Shown here one piece after another: positions 27,451 to 47,614 of a DNA stretch of 64,000 bases. Every line of letters starts with the position of its first letter. Positions within the stretch are counted from its first letter, which is position 1. The stretch comes from Haliotis cracherodii (Eukaryota). A program made the position numbers and the translations under genes. Location: assembly GCF_022045235.1 (NCBI RefSeq), contig NW_027266308.1, forward strand, positions 45,818,001 through 45,882,000. The letters are read 5' to 3'. The notes under the pieces are model-generated. The model was not told the origin of the DNA. It worked only from the letters and a program-made list of their open reading frames with translations, and did not search any database.

Positions 27451-28772
27451 GGAGTAGGGTTACAAACTGGACATTTACTGAATAATGAAACACTTAGAAA
27501 TCAATGTTTAATATATTGTTCCTAATTCTGGCTCATTTAACAGCACAATGCAATGCTACACAGGGTGTTTGGATTCTTTTGAAAAACATAACTGTTCCAG
27601 ACAAAGAAATTGTTCAGCTCCTTTTTTTCCATCCCACACCAGAATATTTAATGGTAGGTCCCTTATCATTTTTTACAGTCATTTTCAGATGTTTGAGGAA
27701 ATAATATTTTCTAATAGAATGAAACCTCTTTAAGTCGGCCTTAGTTATCTCGTGCATTGGATTAAGAATATGTATGATTGTGGTAGCAGCACTTTACGTA
27801 AATATAATTGAAAAAGAATTTTCGCGTATGGTTTGGATACTTATTTAGGATACATTTATTTGGAATATGGTTAGCAGCTTATATGTAGGGCAGGGTTACT
27901 GGAATTATGTGACCGCGGATTGTTACTTACATATGTACCTCGTGGATGGGGTCAACATTTTAGGACAAAACATGATGTTATTCAGATTTATTAACATGCG
28001 GTGAGTTGGATCTATTTGGTTCTGATGATAAATTATTTTTCAATCAGTGATGTTCAGTTAGTATTGATTTGAAAAAACCCACCATATATAAGTTAAATCA
28101 AAGATAAGTAAATGGTGATTAGACAAGAATAAGTGAATAATCCATATTTATGTAAACATCAATAATGTGCTAGTTTCTTCTCAAGGTCCGCCAATAGAGG
28201 GCATGAGAAAATACATCATTCAAATTATATCTACATCTACCTTTTGTATCTAATATGTGAATATTTTTATAGGCCTTTATCACAGGTTAATATTGCCAAC
28301 AATCAGTGAGCAAGGTGATGGTGTATATCCAGCTGGTGCTTCGTACAGTTAACAGATGTACTGTAAGCCCCAGGGTCCTCTGTATGGTGGGCTAACATTG
28401 GTTTATATTCACAGAACGTAGTGGAATTAATACCATGTGGGTTCCCCCAAACACATAGGTTTTGCTTGATTCTTTGTGATCTCAGAAAAAAACACAAGTT
28501 AAATTCTTTCAAGACATTTGTGTTTTTAAACTTTGTACACCACTATCCCACACGATAAACATCATTCCTTGATCCATGGGGCATTTGTTTCTAGACGTGG
28601 TGACCATAGATGAACATTCGACACAACGGTGTTTGACTGCAGTTACATATCTGTCTTCAAAGGTTCAGAATAATTAGTCAAAATTAAAGCAAATGCAATC
28701 TGAAGGTTACTAAGAAAACAATATGTGAAATGAATATGACTTCCTAATTGACCATGTAAATTAATCTTCATT

Positions 28773-28965
28773 GGCACAAATTGTGCTGCCCTTCTTGCTG
28801 ATCTGTTTATTTATGCATATGAATCGGAAGTTCTGCTCGGATTAGCAAAGTCAAAACAAGGTAATTTGGCCAAGACGTTGAATTTAACGTTAAAGATTGG
28901 GTATATTGATGATCTGATTTCGTTTAATAATCATAAAAATAGCCACTTCCCTTCCACTTATTAAT
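28773..28965 (+). mobile_element. Penelope-like reverse transcriptase fragment
   Basis: In-frame GTNCAALLADLFIYAYESE...LAKTLNLTLKIGYIDDLISFNN, showing the RT G-x-N-C-A and YIDD motifs. Confidence 0.8.
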
Positions 28966-30102
28966 AATTACCCACCTTATCTGAACATATCTGTGGCCAC
29001 CGCGTTTCATAACAAAATGAAGCATGGATCGAGGAGTGACGTTTTAAGTTTGTCATTTTGAATAATGGTGTAAAAGGTTGCTTAATATTTTGACAGAATT
29101 GAATTTGGTTCTTTCGTGAGATTGCAAAGATCCAAGCAAATCCTTGGAATTTTTTAGAATCGACATGGTACCAGTACTAATTCCACTTGTTTCAATACTT
29201 CAATATTTAAGAAAGTCGTTCCATGATTGTATTAAGGATTAAGGAACAAATTCTTTGGAATAATATCAAATGTTCCCTTTTAGGAGTGTAGATTACACGT
29301 CAGAAACATAAATATCACCTGTCAAGTATTTATGCATAACATTTGGCGACAGATGTGTCCATGAAACAGGCCTTAGATGTGCATTCTGCTATCAAATTCC
29401 TTAACTTTCCAAACTGTGTTAGTTTATAACAGTAGGCGTAAAATGTATTAATCGAAAATAGGTATGGTTTTAAGGACATATGTTCTACATGTATCATGCG
29501 ACATAGCTAGCTGTCTCACGCGCCTTTTCATTTTCAATACTGATATCAAATTAACGCATTTAACTGGCCAATACGTGCAGCCTATAAACATCGTTTAATT
29601 GTTATCTCAAAAGAGCTCGATGACAAAGAATAAATCTTTATTCAGGCGGTATTAAGACATATTGATGAAATGAGCATGTCATCTTAGAACAGACATCATT
29701 ATAGCATTTGTGTATCATTATTCATTAAGTTATTAATCAAAGTAGTTTGGATTTCCAACAGACACCTTGAAATATATACATGTAGCTATCCAATGAAAAT
29801 AATAACGTATTAACATTAGCATTTTATGAGTAATTCTGTATTGTAGAAATCATGAGAACCTGTTGGTTCTACTACGGAATTAATAGATCCGAATGATTTC
29901 GCCGTCTTAAAAATGTTTTGGTTGGTATTTAATTCCTCTACAATTTGCATAATGACCAATAGTTGCGTCAGTTTTTTCTCGTTCAGTATGGTCAGTGAAT
30001 TCCTGGCTCAGGATCAACCGCAACATCAATAGCGCGACGTCGTCATAATGGTTTAATTCGAACTATAGTTCATCCCTTTGAAACACCTACAGGCAAAAAG
30101 CT

Positions 30103-30441
30103 GTGGTGAAATGGGGTTTAACATCGCGTCCAAGATTATTGCACGTATATAGCGACGTGCATGCACATGTGTGTGTGTGTGGCTGCTTCTACTGGTCCGG
30201 ACTGATGCCGATTAAAACTGCTAGCCCACTGAGTTACCATGCCGCAGTTTATCATGAATACCCCACTCAGACACAGTATACTGACTCCGAGCCGACCAGT
30301 CCTCGTTTTAGCCACTTAGGCGCCAGACAGGGTAACAACAAGTACCATATTTTAACGTCTTTTGGTTTGACGCAGCCGGATATCGAACCCCGGACCTTCC
30401 GCTCTACGGGCGGAGGCTCTACCACAAGACCACGGAGGCGG
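30103..30441 (-). mobile_element. tRNA-derived SINE (fourth family); second copy at ~43025-43250
   Basis: Minus-strand head ccgcctccgtggtcttgtggtagag...ggttcgatatcc. The body is shared with 43025-43250. Confidence 0.7.
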
Positions 30442-31824
30442 TTACTGGCAAATAGCCAGCGGTTTGATGCCAAAGTTGACGCTAATTTTACTGCAATCAT
30501 TTTTTTCAAAAAGCGTTTATATATTATTTAATATATTGATTCAAACAATGTAGGTTGGTTACAGCAAAAATCAAATCTGCAATTGTCCTTTCATGTATTG
30601 TCCCTACATGGATTAGTATTATTCTCTCCTGAATATTACTTCCTGATGACCATCAGAAACTAAAATGACCATCAGAAACTAAAATGATGTCCGATGAAAT
30701 TCAGTATGTAAACTTAAAATATGTACCATTGGTTCTTGTGTTTGAACAGTTGACTTGCATTTGCATGTGTTTGTGATGTGATCATACGATGGGACAGGCT
30801 ACGCTCCCCTTTTCGTGAACACATGGTATCATCACAATTTAATGGTGATTCATAAATACATGATTATGATATACTTGGAATCTTACTGTGGAGTCAGCTT
30901 TAAGCAGACATTTCTTATGGTTAGGGAAATGGCCATGTTTTAAAATGTTTTGTGACAACAGTTTAATTAGGATATCTGGACAGTTTCCTTTTTGTTGTGG
31001 GGACGTCGGTTACGGTATTGGAATCAATCAGGTGTTTTTTTCCCTTTAAGGTGTTGTTGTGTGGGCGAGAAATGTACAGGAGAAATGAAAGCAAACCAAA
31101 TTGTTCTCTGTAACATACGTGCGGGTATAAATATTCACATTTCATGTTATATTGATGAACCACTCTTTCCTCGAAACCGAATCATATCCTTCAGGAATAG
31201 ATTATTGCATTAGAATTATCAGGTGAGAATCCATATATAAGAAACCTCAGCATATATGGACATCACTTTTACTCTCTATCGTAATTTGATAAAATGCAAT
31301 ATTTGTTATGCATTGAGAATTGCTTATGCTGTATTGCGTGGTCGTTTTTCTGTTAGATATATGTTCCTTTTTATTCAATGTCCATTGCAGTATCTGTAGC
31401 TATATATTTATTCAAACATTGCAGATTGGTTTCAAAATACACGTCCAAACTGCAACTGATTCTATATGCGGGTTAGTTTATGTTCCTTTTCATCATTACC
31501 TTCTTGATGAGTGAGTGAGTGAGTGAGTGAGTATGGTTTTAGGCCGCTTTTTGCAATATTCCAGCAATATCACGACGGGGGACACCAGAAATGGGCTTCA
31601 CATTGTACCTATGTCGGGAATCGAAACCGGGTCTTCGGCGTGACGATCGAACGCTTTAACAGCGAGGCTACCCGATCGCCCCACCTTCTTTATGAAGTTT
31701 GTTTATGTTTTGCGAGTTGTTTTAAGCCTATCCGGTCAGTTTCATTTTCCGGTCTCGTGGCGTCGGTTCCGGTGTTTGAGCGCACCTTACTCTTATTTCT
31801 CCTGCTATATGTAGGTTTGTTACG

Positions 31825-32237
31825 TACGGCAGCGTAGTGGGGTCACAGTGAATGTTTTGGGGGTCTAAGTATCTCCTACGTAGGACTTAGTACCTTCTAC
31901 GTAGGACTTAGTATCGCCTACGTAGGATTTATTATCTCCTACGTAGGACTTAGTATCGCCTACGTAGGATTTATTATCTCCTACGTAGGACTTAGTATGG
32001 CCTAGAATTACTATCTCCTACGTAGGACTTAGTATCATCTGCGTAGGACTTACTATATCCTACGTAGGGCTTACTATCTCTTACGTAGGACTTAGTATGG
32101 CCTAGAATCACTATCTCCTACTTAGGACTTACTATCTCCTACGTAGAAGATACTAAGTCCTACGTAGGAGATAATAAGTCCTACGTAGGAGATACATAGA
32201 CAAACAAAATTCACCGTGGCCCTACTACGCTTCCGTA
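31825..32237. mobile_element. TA-flanked MITE filled with ~21-bp tandem repeats that have a palindromic CCTACGTAGG core
   Basis: ~35-bp inverted termini (tacggcagcgtagtggggtcacagtgaat / attcaccgtggccctactacgcttccgta). The internal repeats switch orientation near 32145. Confidence 0.8.
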
Positions 32238-32854
32238 GATACGCGTGCTTTACACTGAAATGTCTGAAGGCCACCAGGCTTCTATATCATAAACTGCCTG
32301 GAAAAATAAAGTATACACCCATATTTGATGGTGGCTAAAAATGAAACATTTTGTGTTATCTCCTTGTCGTGTCATTTTTAAGTGTAAACTTTCCTTTGCC
32401 CCGCACTTAATATCAAATCCTGTCAAAAGGAAGGGGAAACTGTATTAGTTCGAATGTGTTGCTAAAATAATGAATTACGACTCCTTTGCGGTATGTTGTT
32501 GATTGACTTGCGTACGGTTGCCCTTTGTATTGCCCGCCATTCCACCTCGAGAACAAGCCAAAGCCGGGTCACGTTGGCGGGTGCCGGGTCTCTGGTGTTA
32601 CACGCTCAGCCCCAGAATATCCCACAGTTGTGGACATGTCAGGGGACTTAATTAATACACAGGCATTTTCATAGGATCTTTCACCTTACACACCTTACTT
32701 TCACCTCCATGACAAAATAACACATACATGTATATCACGTCAGTTTTATATACGCCCAGTGCATCTGAACTGTCCCTGAATCAACCATCTGCTAGATGAG
32801 TATATGTTGTATATACGGTTGTGAGGTCGGCCCATCATGTCAATGAGTTTACTA

Positions 32855-33115
32855 ATATATAATGAACGTGTCTGCACTTTCTGTTTTTCAAAGGGACATT
32901 ACCATGTAGAAGATGAATTCCATGTTCTTATGAGTTGTGACCAGTACTCCAGAGCAAGAGGAAACTCTTTTCCCAAGCGTCTCGTTACCCCTCCCCCTAT
33001 TGAGAATTTTATAAGACTTATGTCAGCTGAAAACGAACAAATTATAAAAGGCTTAGGTAAATTTCTCTCCCGAGTCATGAACATCGAAAGGAAACACAGT
33101 GTGGAACGGTAAATC
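32855..33115 (+). mobile_element. 3' remnant of a non-LTR retrotransposon ORF2
   Basis: ERVCTFC...VEDEFHVLMSC matches the C-terminal CCHC zinc-knuckle pattern of LINE ORF2 proteins. Confidence 0.7.
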
Positions 33116-33573
33116 ATAATTAAATCTACCCAGCATGCAAATATATATACAGTATATTTCCGGTGGCCTGAAGTACCGAATACATTTGTCTGTCTGTCTG
33201 ATATCAAATCCGTAATCATCTAATCTGCCATTATGTATCACGCAGTTTATTTAGGGTTATCTGGACAGTTTGCTTTCAGGCATGGTAATGTAGGTTCCAG
33301 AAAAGATATATACAGGGACAATGGGCGTGGGGAAATATGCTCTGTAACACATGCGGGGACGTCTACAAAGCGGAAAATATTTCTTTTCATGAAAGACTCA
33401 TCTACCATACCTTGGAGGGCACACATCCAATGTAGTCAACGTACCCTATATACTACCGACAAAAATAGGGGAACTGATGAAATGATAGAGTAATGACGAT
33501 ACATTTCTGTAAAATTATTTCAGGGAGCGCACATCACTATCTTGTGTGTCCACCATTTTGGACGATACATACA

Positions 33574-34372
33574 CGACTCCTTTGAGGTATGTTGTTGATT
33601 GACTTGCGTACGGTTGCCCTTTGTATTTCCCGCCATTCCACCTCGAGAACAACCCAAAGCCGGGTCACGTTGGCGGGTGCCGGGTCTCTGGTGTTACACG
33701 CTCAGCCCCAGAATATCCCACAGTTGTGGACATGTCAGGGGACTTAGCGGGACAGTCCTATGGCGTATTGACTTCTCGTCGGAGATAATCGGTGACGACC
33801 TGGGCACGATGTGGTCTGGCATTGTTATCTTGCAGTTTAAAACTTCCGCAAATAATAATACAGTATGAAACAACTACTGACGCTAAATTCCGTCAACATA
33901 TCGATGGCCAGTCAAATTTCTATTCACAAGAATCAAATCAGTTCGACTGTCATGTGTGATACCGCCCCACACCATGACACTACCAGCCCCATACCGATCA
34001 TGGCCAAGAATTGTTGCCCTGGCATACTGCTCGCTGTAACGGCGCCAAAAAAGGTTATCTGCCATCTGTGACTCGGAGGCAAAACCTTTATTCGTCTGTA
34101 AACATGGTATAGTGCCATTGGCGCACAGCCAGTGCCAGGTGTTGCCTACTAGGTCACCAATTCTTTTGCGGCTTATGGTAAGCTATTAGGGTCACACCCT
34201 TCACAGGACGCCTTGTTTTCAGGCGGGCTGCATGGAGTCTGTTTTTAACGGTAGATGTTGAAATTCGCCTTCCTGTTATTGTACGGGATTCTCTATTGAT
34301 ATCAGAAGCAGATTTGAGTCATTTGCCTAGTGCAATTAATGTAATGAAGCGATCGCGTATAGGTGTCGTTTT
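33574..34372 (-). pseudogene. Decayed Tc1-like transposase; part duplicated at 32478-32650
   Basis: Minus-strand fragments DRYGAGSVMVWGGI...LTGHRYVD and QDNNARPH...PAKSPDM, which are Tc1 DD34E-region motifs. Interrupted by stops and frameshifts. Confidence 0.8.
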
Positions 34373-34740
34373 TTAGGCCTGCCACGCCCAGGCCCCATTG
34401 GATAGATGGGTGGGTTGGGGGGAAGTATGTGTGTGCATGGGATATAGGTATGTATATTTTAATGTAAGTATATTTGAATGCATGTATACCTGTGTAGATG
34501 GATTAATGGATATACGTATATATATGGGTGAGGGATTGGTTGCATGTAGTATTACGCATTTCATATATTATATTATTATATGTCTTTTGAACCTTAAGTT
34601 TTCAGTGTTTCGGCGACTGTTTTCAGTCTACTTGAGCTTTGAAACACGTTTGAACTTTTGTCAAATTCAATTTCCATGCGTATACATTCTTTCGCTATGC
34701 AGTTTACATAAAATACACCTTAAAATCCTGTCAATAAGAA

Positions 34741-34905
34741 GGGGCGATCGGGTAGCCCGGTTGTTAAAGCGTTCGCACGTCTCGCCGAAGACCCGGGTTC
34801 GATTCCCGACATGGGTACAATGTGTGAAGCCCATTTCTGGTGTCCCCCGTCGTGATATTGCTGGAATATTGCTAAAAGCGGCGTAAAACCATACTCACTC
34901 ACGCA
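34741..34905 (+). mobile_element. Short tRNA-derived SINE (second family); other copies at ~4413-4555, 8904-9050, 20076-20230, 31508-31682 (-) and 43686-43840
   Basis: GGGTAGCC..GTTAAAGCGTTCG...GGTTCGATTCC head, a shared core gaagcccatttctggtgtccc, an (ACTC)n tail and the TSD tgtcaataagaag. Confidence 0.85.
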
Positions 34906-36186
34906 GTGTCAATAAGAAGAAAAAGACAATAAACGGCAAGGAATGTTCCAGGTGAAACAATGAAGAGCTTAGTCCAGATACAGACGTTTTCATTGGATCT
35001 TTCACCTTGCAGCTCGATGACAAGATTAACACATAGCACGTCAGTTTCATATACGCCCGGTGCATCTAAAGTGTCCAAGAATCAACCATCTGCTGGATGA
35101 GCAGTTGTTGTATATGCAGTTATATGGTCGGCCCATCGTTTCAAATAGTTTACTGATATCAAATTGGTATACTCATCTATTTGGCCAATATGTATCATAC
35201 ATAACTTATGTAACATATTAACACTTTTATCAGAAAACGGATACTGTAACATCATTTGTATATTGGCTTAAGATTTCAAGGACATACCCTATAATTTCCT
35301 AACATAGTGTAGCTAGTCTCTCGTACAGACCAATAGAACAAATATCTGAAATTTTCAAAGAAAGCCTATACTATACTATCTTGGCACACCTAGATGAAGA
35401 GATTCTTTGGGTTCCTTTCTATATTATATCAAAATACAATTTAACAAAGGCAAATCCGAAAATATTTTCATTTCACAGTATAAATGTTAGCCTACAGTGC
35501 AGGCGAAATTGTAAACCTAAAGTGAAATGCCAGACCAAAATGTTATTTGTTTGTTTGTTGTTTAACTCTGCATTCAGCAATGTGAATAGTCGAGTCTGGA
35601 CTAGACAATTCAGTGATTGATATCATGAGCATCGATCTACACAGTTGGGATACGATGCAATGCATCAACTAAGTCCGCGATCCTGACCACTCGATCCCGT
35701 TAGTCGCCTCTGACCTCCCGATCCATTGAATCGCGTCTTACGGGACAAGAATGGGATGCTTAAAAAATTCTACCCAAGATTTTCACGGGGCTAGACCAAA
35801 TGTAACCTTATCGGGCCGGGTGTTTCCAAGTTTTGCATACCAATGTTTTGAATGGAGATATTGTAGATTGGTTTGTATATCAGTGGAGCAGTCACCACTT
35901 GTAACTTGGTTTTATAGCACTATTTATAATACATTCATTCATTTAAACATTTGGGGTGGGAAGTAGTGAATACGCAGATTAAACTTAAATTGTAATTTAA
36001 TGTAAACGTGAGAGATGTTTTCAAAGAGCCAATTACGCCTACGATCCGCAATCGTATTTCGTATCAAATAATTCGCTTTAACCAGATTCTACTTTTTGTA
36101 GTACCCTTACATGCTGCCATGATAGAAGCAGTTTCTGCATAGTCATATTTACATCGCATGATTCCTTGAAAACTTTGCGAATTTAG

Positions 36187-41695
<5,509 letters not shown>

Positions 41696-42246
41696 ACCGG
41701 CCTAGGAGTAACATATTTCACAATCTGTCAATATAAATCATTCGTGTACGATACAAGTGCTGAAAGAACAGGGCTGTCAAGTTTGAACATTGGGGACAGG
41801 AACCTGTTCATTGTTTATTGGTGAAGTTATCCAATTCAGGCTAATTTACTCACAGGATAATGAAGACAGTTAGCTCTTCAAATGTAATGACAGAGTAAAG
41901 AAAGTTATTGTTCTCATTAACTAAATACAATTAGTCCTTGTCCACAAAAAAAATATCTCATTTTGTCTACTGGGACTTGCATCTTCATTCTGAATGTGAA
42001 TCATAGCAAAATAAACCGTTATGTCTGTAATTTGTCCTTTTCATTCTTGAAGATTGTAATTTGAAACTTTGGATTGTCTGTTCGGTTTCCCTACATTGTC
42101 ACAGCTATATTGGAGGAACACAAGAGACCCACTCTATGAAGGTGCTGCTGTTCATGGTGTGGCTACAGCGTTGTCTGCCATTCGCATTCATACATTACTG
42201 AACGAATGTTCAAAGCAGCATTAAGCCAAAGTCGCTCTTTCATAAT

Positions 42247-42520
42247 CAGGGGCACGTCATAATCATCCAAGGCGCCGCGATTCACTGTGCAGAGTTGCGT
42301 CCATTGGGCACGCCAGAAACCTATAATTGTGGGTTCGAATCCTGGTTCCTCGCCCCGATTATGTTTCTAGGTTTGTCAGCACCATACCTGTGCTCGTGGG
42401 TTTCATCAAAGTGGTAAACGTCTGAGACCTGCATCCCTTCGGGCTTTCAACCCATATTAAGCTGACACGCCGTGATATAACTGGAATACTGTTAAAGCGG
42501 TGTTAAACCCAACTCACTCC
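42247..42520 (+). mobile_element. tRNA-derived SINE (same family) downstream of PSMA6
   Basis: TSD ctctttcataat at 42235-42246 and 42521-42532. The tail ends ...aaacccaactcactc. Confidence 0.85.
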
Positions 42521-45500
42521 CTCTTTCATAATTATAAATACACTGACATTGTCCACTCAAGTCCTAGGGGAAATGTCATGTCAATGTGGTAAAAGAATTT
42601 CTGACATTTCAAACCGCAAACATTGCAAGCACTGAATTCATGAGTGTCAATTAAAATGAGGATCAATGGTTACAATGTGTGACCATGGACTGTTGCTCAT
42701 GGTAAATGGTAATCACTGATTAGTGGTGTCCAGATTGAGCTGGACTATTGCTCACCGTCATGTTAGACATCACTCACTCATGGGTGAACAGTGTTCCATG
42801 TTCCTGTCGACACCCCATTGCTAGTTGTAAGAGGTGACTAAAGTGGGAATCTGTTAGCATTCTGGTTTAGATTTGGTCCCTTGATGAGGTCAGACTTGAT
42901 GATGTGATTGATGTGTTGACGTACCCTGAAGGTCGGGTCACTGCTCATAATATCAATTCCTAGTTTGGTCCAGATTCATTATTTACAGTTCGAAGTTTGA
43001 ATATTACTTAGTGCAGCAGGTGAGGTGAAATGGGGTTTAAGATGCCATGCCACAGTTTAACATGAATACCTCACTCAGACACAGTGTATTGATTCTGGGC
43101 CGACCAGTCCTTGGTTTAGCCTCTTAATGTCGATCGCCAGACAGGGTAACAACAAGTACCATCTTTTAACGTCTTTTGGTATGATGTGGCTGGGGATCGA
43201 ACCCAAGACCTTCTGCTCTCTGGGCGGACGCTCTACCACTAGACCACAGTAGTAAACAACAAGGACACACTGATCCATGAGTGCCTCAAATTGATATCCT
43301 CCACACTCCCACGGTAATAACTGCGAGTAATTGCGGTGCATCTGGGCCTTTGAAAAAAGAACCACTGTATGACAATGACAATATAAAACACAGAGAAACG
43401 GTTTTCAGTTAATACTTTATTGTCATTTGGCATGATATGATTTTTCATGTATTGTTCAACATGATGAGAGTCAATAAGTACCGGTTATCCCCCTTGTAAA
43501 TATATTTGTTCATTTATCCAACACATCTAAGCACTACACTGACATTGCACAATAATTTACATATTCACAGCCTGAACTGTTCATTAAATAATTTTTTGAA
43601 TACCAACATGTTAAATGCTAATACTAACTGTGTGAGATTTAATTCAAAGTTGAACCAGTTCAAGTTGTTATGTCTTGTGGGCAGTGGGGTGACCTAGTGG
43701 TTAAAGTGTTTGCTCATCACGCAAAAGACCCCCGTTCGATTCCCAACATGGATACAATGTGTGAAGCCCATTTCTGATTCCCCTGTCATGATATTGCTGG
43801 AATAGTGTTAAAAGCAGTGTAAAACCATACTCACTCACTGATGTCTGAAGAAGAGGATTATACCTACATGTTTCATATTCATTAAGATCAAATATCCCCA
43901 GCGTACACAGACATAATTTATAGACTTTATTCATGTACCCTCAAAACCTCAAATGTAACTTGTAATCTAAATAGTAATTCATTAAACCAAACCAAAAACC
44001 AAAGGTTCCTTCAGCTGCTTAATGTTGAAAATTAGTGACACAAGTACGACTGAAGTGTTAGTTTCCTTCCTCCATCAGAAGAGTACCATAACCTCAACAT
44101 TCTTCACTAACCTCAAACACATTAAATCCTAAAACAATCATCTATATTGCTATACTACTGCAAATGTTAGAAACACTAATTGCTATTTCGTTAATGTTAA
44201 CTTGGTCATAATCAAGGTTATTGGATAACAATGTGCCTATTTACACCATTATTATTAGCACCATCAATTATACAAAGATTAAAATCAGATCTTTTACTCT
44301 GATATGATGTCTGCATGAAGATCGGAGGACACTTCCATAGGAGGATGTGTCGGGAACCCTGGGTGAACTTTGACCACCCAATTTAAATGAAAAATACATT
44401 GGCTCTTGAGCCAATCAGATGTCAGCTTTCTAAACTGATTTGGCTTCATTTCTTTACCCCAATGCTTTGGAAATTTTGATCTTGAAAACTGACACAAAAC
44501 ACAAATATGTCAATAAGACATCCTTTTGGGTGTGGATGCACTCAGATTCAGATGTGACAGGAAGAATAAATATCCACAAAAGCAAAATGGTCCTACACTT
44601 AACATTAGCCACTAAGAAAGCAGCTTTCTAAGCATTGCCGCACTAGTTTCAAATTGGCGACTTCCATTCCAGACAATGCTTTAAAAGGTATTTTAAATTA
44701 GTCATTCAGTCTGTAACAGTAGTTTTGTGTTAAACTTTAGAGGTTGCATGATTAGAAAACATATTCCACGAACAATGTAACACAAAAATTTGAATATTTC
44801 CTTTTTCCTTTTTTTATTATATGTTTGAATCGTTATCTATCGTGTAGTTGTCCAATATTCGTTCACGAACGTTGATAATACCTAATTTCATTTATCCAAC
44901 ATACTCGTTAATCGGACATAATCATATGCAACAAACAATGTCTGATTAACGGGACTTGACTGTACTTCACTTTTTGCATTCGGAACTCCTTGATTATATT
45001 TGGTTTCAAGATCAGAAATCAGATATGCTTGTTTGAATGCTTCACTCACATGTACCAAGTTTTTAGAAGACTTGATGCCAGTTTGCCCCGATTAGAAAGT
45101 GCCCCTGAAGCAACGTCTGTAGGAGTTTGTCCTCAGATCTTCATGCAGAGTGGTATCATATTGTATAAAGGATCAGACTTGTATGACTATGTTACACTGT
45201 TTAACACAAAGATTGCTTTTGCTTCATTATCATTTAATGTTACCCTGTCTTACCTGCAAGAGAACTTTACAATCTTACAAATCTCAAACTTACTACTTTT
45301 GCCAGGACTCATGACAACAAACATGACATAGTTATTCAGACAAGTTCTATACACTGCACTGAGGCAAATATATTACACAGTACATCAACAACATAATGAT
45401 AAATTCTCAACTGACAGATCAGTAACTATGTTGGTCCTGTACAACATGTACAACAAAGAACTGAGCAATACAAACATTCAATTGTTTCAGGAACAAATAT

Positions 45501-45662
45501 GTTGGATATACAGGTAACGAATAACAACCGACTTAACAAGAGAAGTGTTCATATTTTCAACATAACCCCACAAATATTCAATTCCTAAACAATTCATTTG
45601 GAACCAGCAGTGATGGCCAGATCTGAAAACATATTTATTGACATCTGAAGAAACAATATTTA

Positions 45663-46196
45663 GGGACCGGTCATTTATTGCGGGGGTGGGTGGGTGGGTC
45701 AGAGGCTTTTGATACTGTAATGAAAATATTGACCCTCTCGTAATTCTCGTCATATTTATTGATGACCTTCCCCATGTCCTTGTACATTTTTTTCATGACC
45801 CACCCTGAAAAGACAATATGCAAAAGCACTTTATATTTTATTATAAAATGTCCATTTTTTCATCATCCTCCCCTGATTCCTTCTGACACAGACCCAGACC
45901 CGTGAAGATTCCGGGGTAGAATAGGTCTTCAGCAACCCATGCTTGTCGTAAAAGGTGACTATGTCGTAAAAGGCGACTAACGGGATCGGGTGGTCAGACT
46001 CGCTGACTTGGTTGATGCATGTCATCGATCCCAATGGCGTGGATCGATGCTCATGATATTAATCACTGGATTGTCTAGTCCAGACTCGATTATTTACAGA
46101 CCGCCTCATATAGCTGGAATATTGCTGAGTGCGGCGTAAAACAACCAACCAACCAACCCTCTGACTCACCCCACCATATAATAAATGACTGGTCCC
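45663..46196. mobile_element. PIF/Harbinger-like MITE
   Basis: Terminal inverted repeat GGGACC(G/A)GTCATTTATT at both ends, flanked by TTA on both sides. Confidence 0.75.
45898..46158 (+). mobile_element. SINE-like interspersed repeat (third family), nested in a MITE; other copies at ~3830-4042, 18165-18360, 18575-18778, 19067-19283, 35545-35790 and 55460-55670
   Basis: Runs cccgtgaagat...gcgactaacgggatcgggtggtcag...tagctggaatattgctgagtgcggcgtaaa to an (AACC)n tail. Many diverged copies in the window. Confidence 0.8.
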
Positions 46197-47077
46197 TTAT
46201 CAACGTTGTAGAATACAAAAGTTATCATTAATCTTCCATAGCACGCTCCATGATGCCACACTAAAATGCTATGATGCTATTTAACAAGAATTTTCAACCA
46301 ATCAGATTGCACCCCCTTTCATTATATACTATGTGACCTTCACATGTATATATTTATAACATCCAAAGTGAGGCTCTAAAGGAAGATATCACCTTCATCA
46401 ACCCAAATGATATTGAATTACAATAAATAAATCCAGCAATTATTTTGAATGTGACATTAACCTTAAATGTGGATAGATTTGGAGTGTTATGTAGCTCTAA
46501 AATCACTTACTGTTTTCTAATATTTGACTCCTGATTTTCACAGGACATATATATAAAGACAGACTTGCTCCTACTTAGATTTTTCATTTCAAGTTCGAAA
46601 AAATCATCCTTTTTATTCATTTTAGCCATGTTCATGTAGTGAATCATGTCAGAAGTCCAAAACTTGCAAGTATAAGAAAGAAAAGTAGTGCCACGCCACT
46701 GTAGCTCACCTAGCAATGTAGTCCACAGTTTTAAAATGTCCAACAAAGCCACTAAACTAAAGATGCTGTCAGTGGCCATACTGAAAATGGATTTGACCTG
46801 GAGAAGTTTCAGCTTCAGTGGTTTCTGATGTTTACAGTGCGAAGAAATACATTGTGAGAGAATTTAAAAGCATGGTCAAAGAGCAAAGGTAAAATCAAGG
46901 TCAAAATTTGAAAAAAAAGGCAAAAACGGAATGTGTGTTGAGCCTCACTACAAACTACCCACACACCACATTTCATTACAGTTTGAACACAAAAAACGTT
47001 AAAGTATGGTTGATGTAAATGCTAACAATCTAAAATATTGTTAAAAATGGGAATGTGTTCAGCTCCACTAACTACAT

Positions 47078-47614
47078 CACACTCCGGCGCAGTGGTGACT
47101 TAGCATAACACCACTGCCACAGGCTAATTTGCATATCAGGTGACCAGACTTTTCTCGTTTGTAAACAAACATGCTTTTTCAGACATCAGAATAGAACGGA
47201 CTAATGCAAGTATTTAGGGGCGCTTTACATATTGTTTTGCATCATTACATAAATATGCTACTACAACTGCGACAGTGAGTTGCATGACAATATATTGTTA
47301 CACATCAAAGTGACCGTATCGCTAGCTCTCTGAAGGACTTCGATGACAGCACGTGGAGCCTTGCAACTAATGTAAACATAGGATAACTACGCAAATGGAA
47401 ATAGTTTTACACAATTTAGTTTATTTTTTCAATGAATGTTAAGCATTCTATGACATATGTTGATGTAGATATGTAGACATTTAAAAAATTGAAACAGATG
47501 AAAAACATATGCAATATTTTGAATGGATCGTATAAGATCTGACGAATTGTCACATGGCGCTGGCCTGTGGCAGAGGTACTATGCAGGTCGCATGGAACTC
47601 TGGGTAGGAGAGTG
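47078..47614. mobile_element. Degenerate MITE with imperfect inverted termini
   Basis: ctgccacaggc and gcctgtggcag inverted near the two ends. The direct repeat aactacat flanks both sides. Confidence 0.5.

Noticed and set aside
34398-34886. 162-aa plus-strand ORF
   Set aside because: It spans low-complexity (TA/TG)-rich DNA and a SINE, with no recognisable domain or splice structure.
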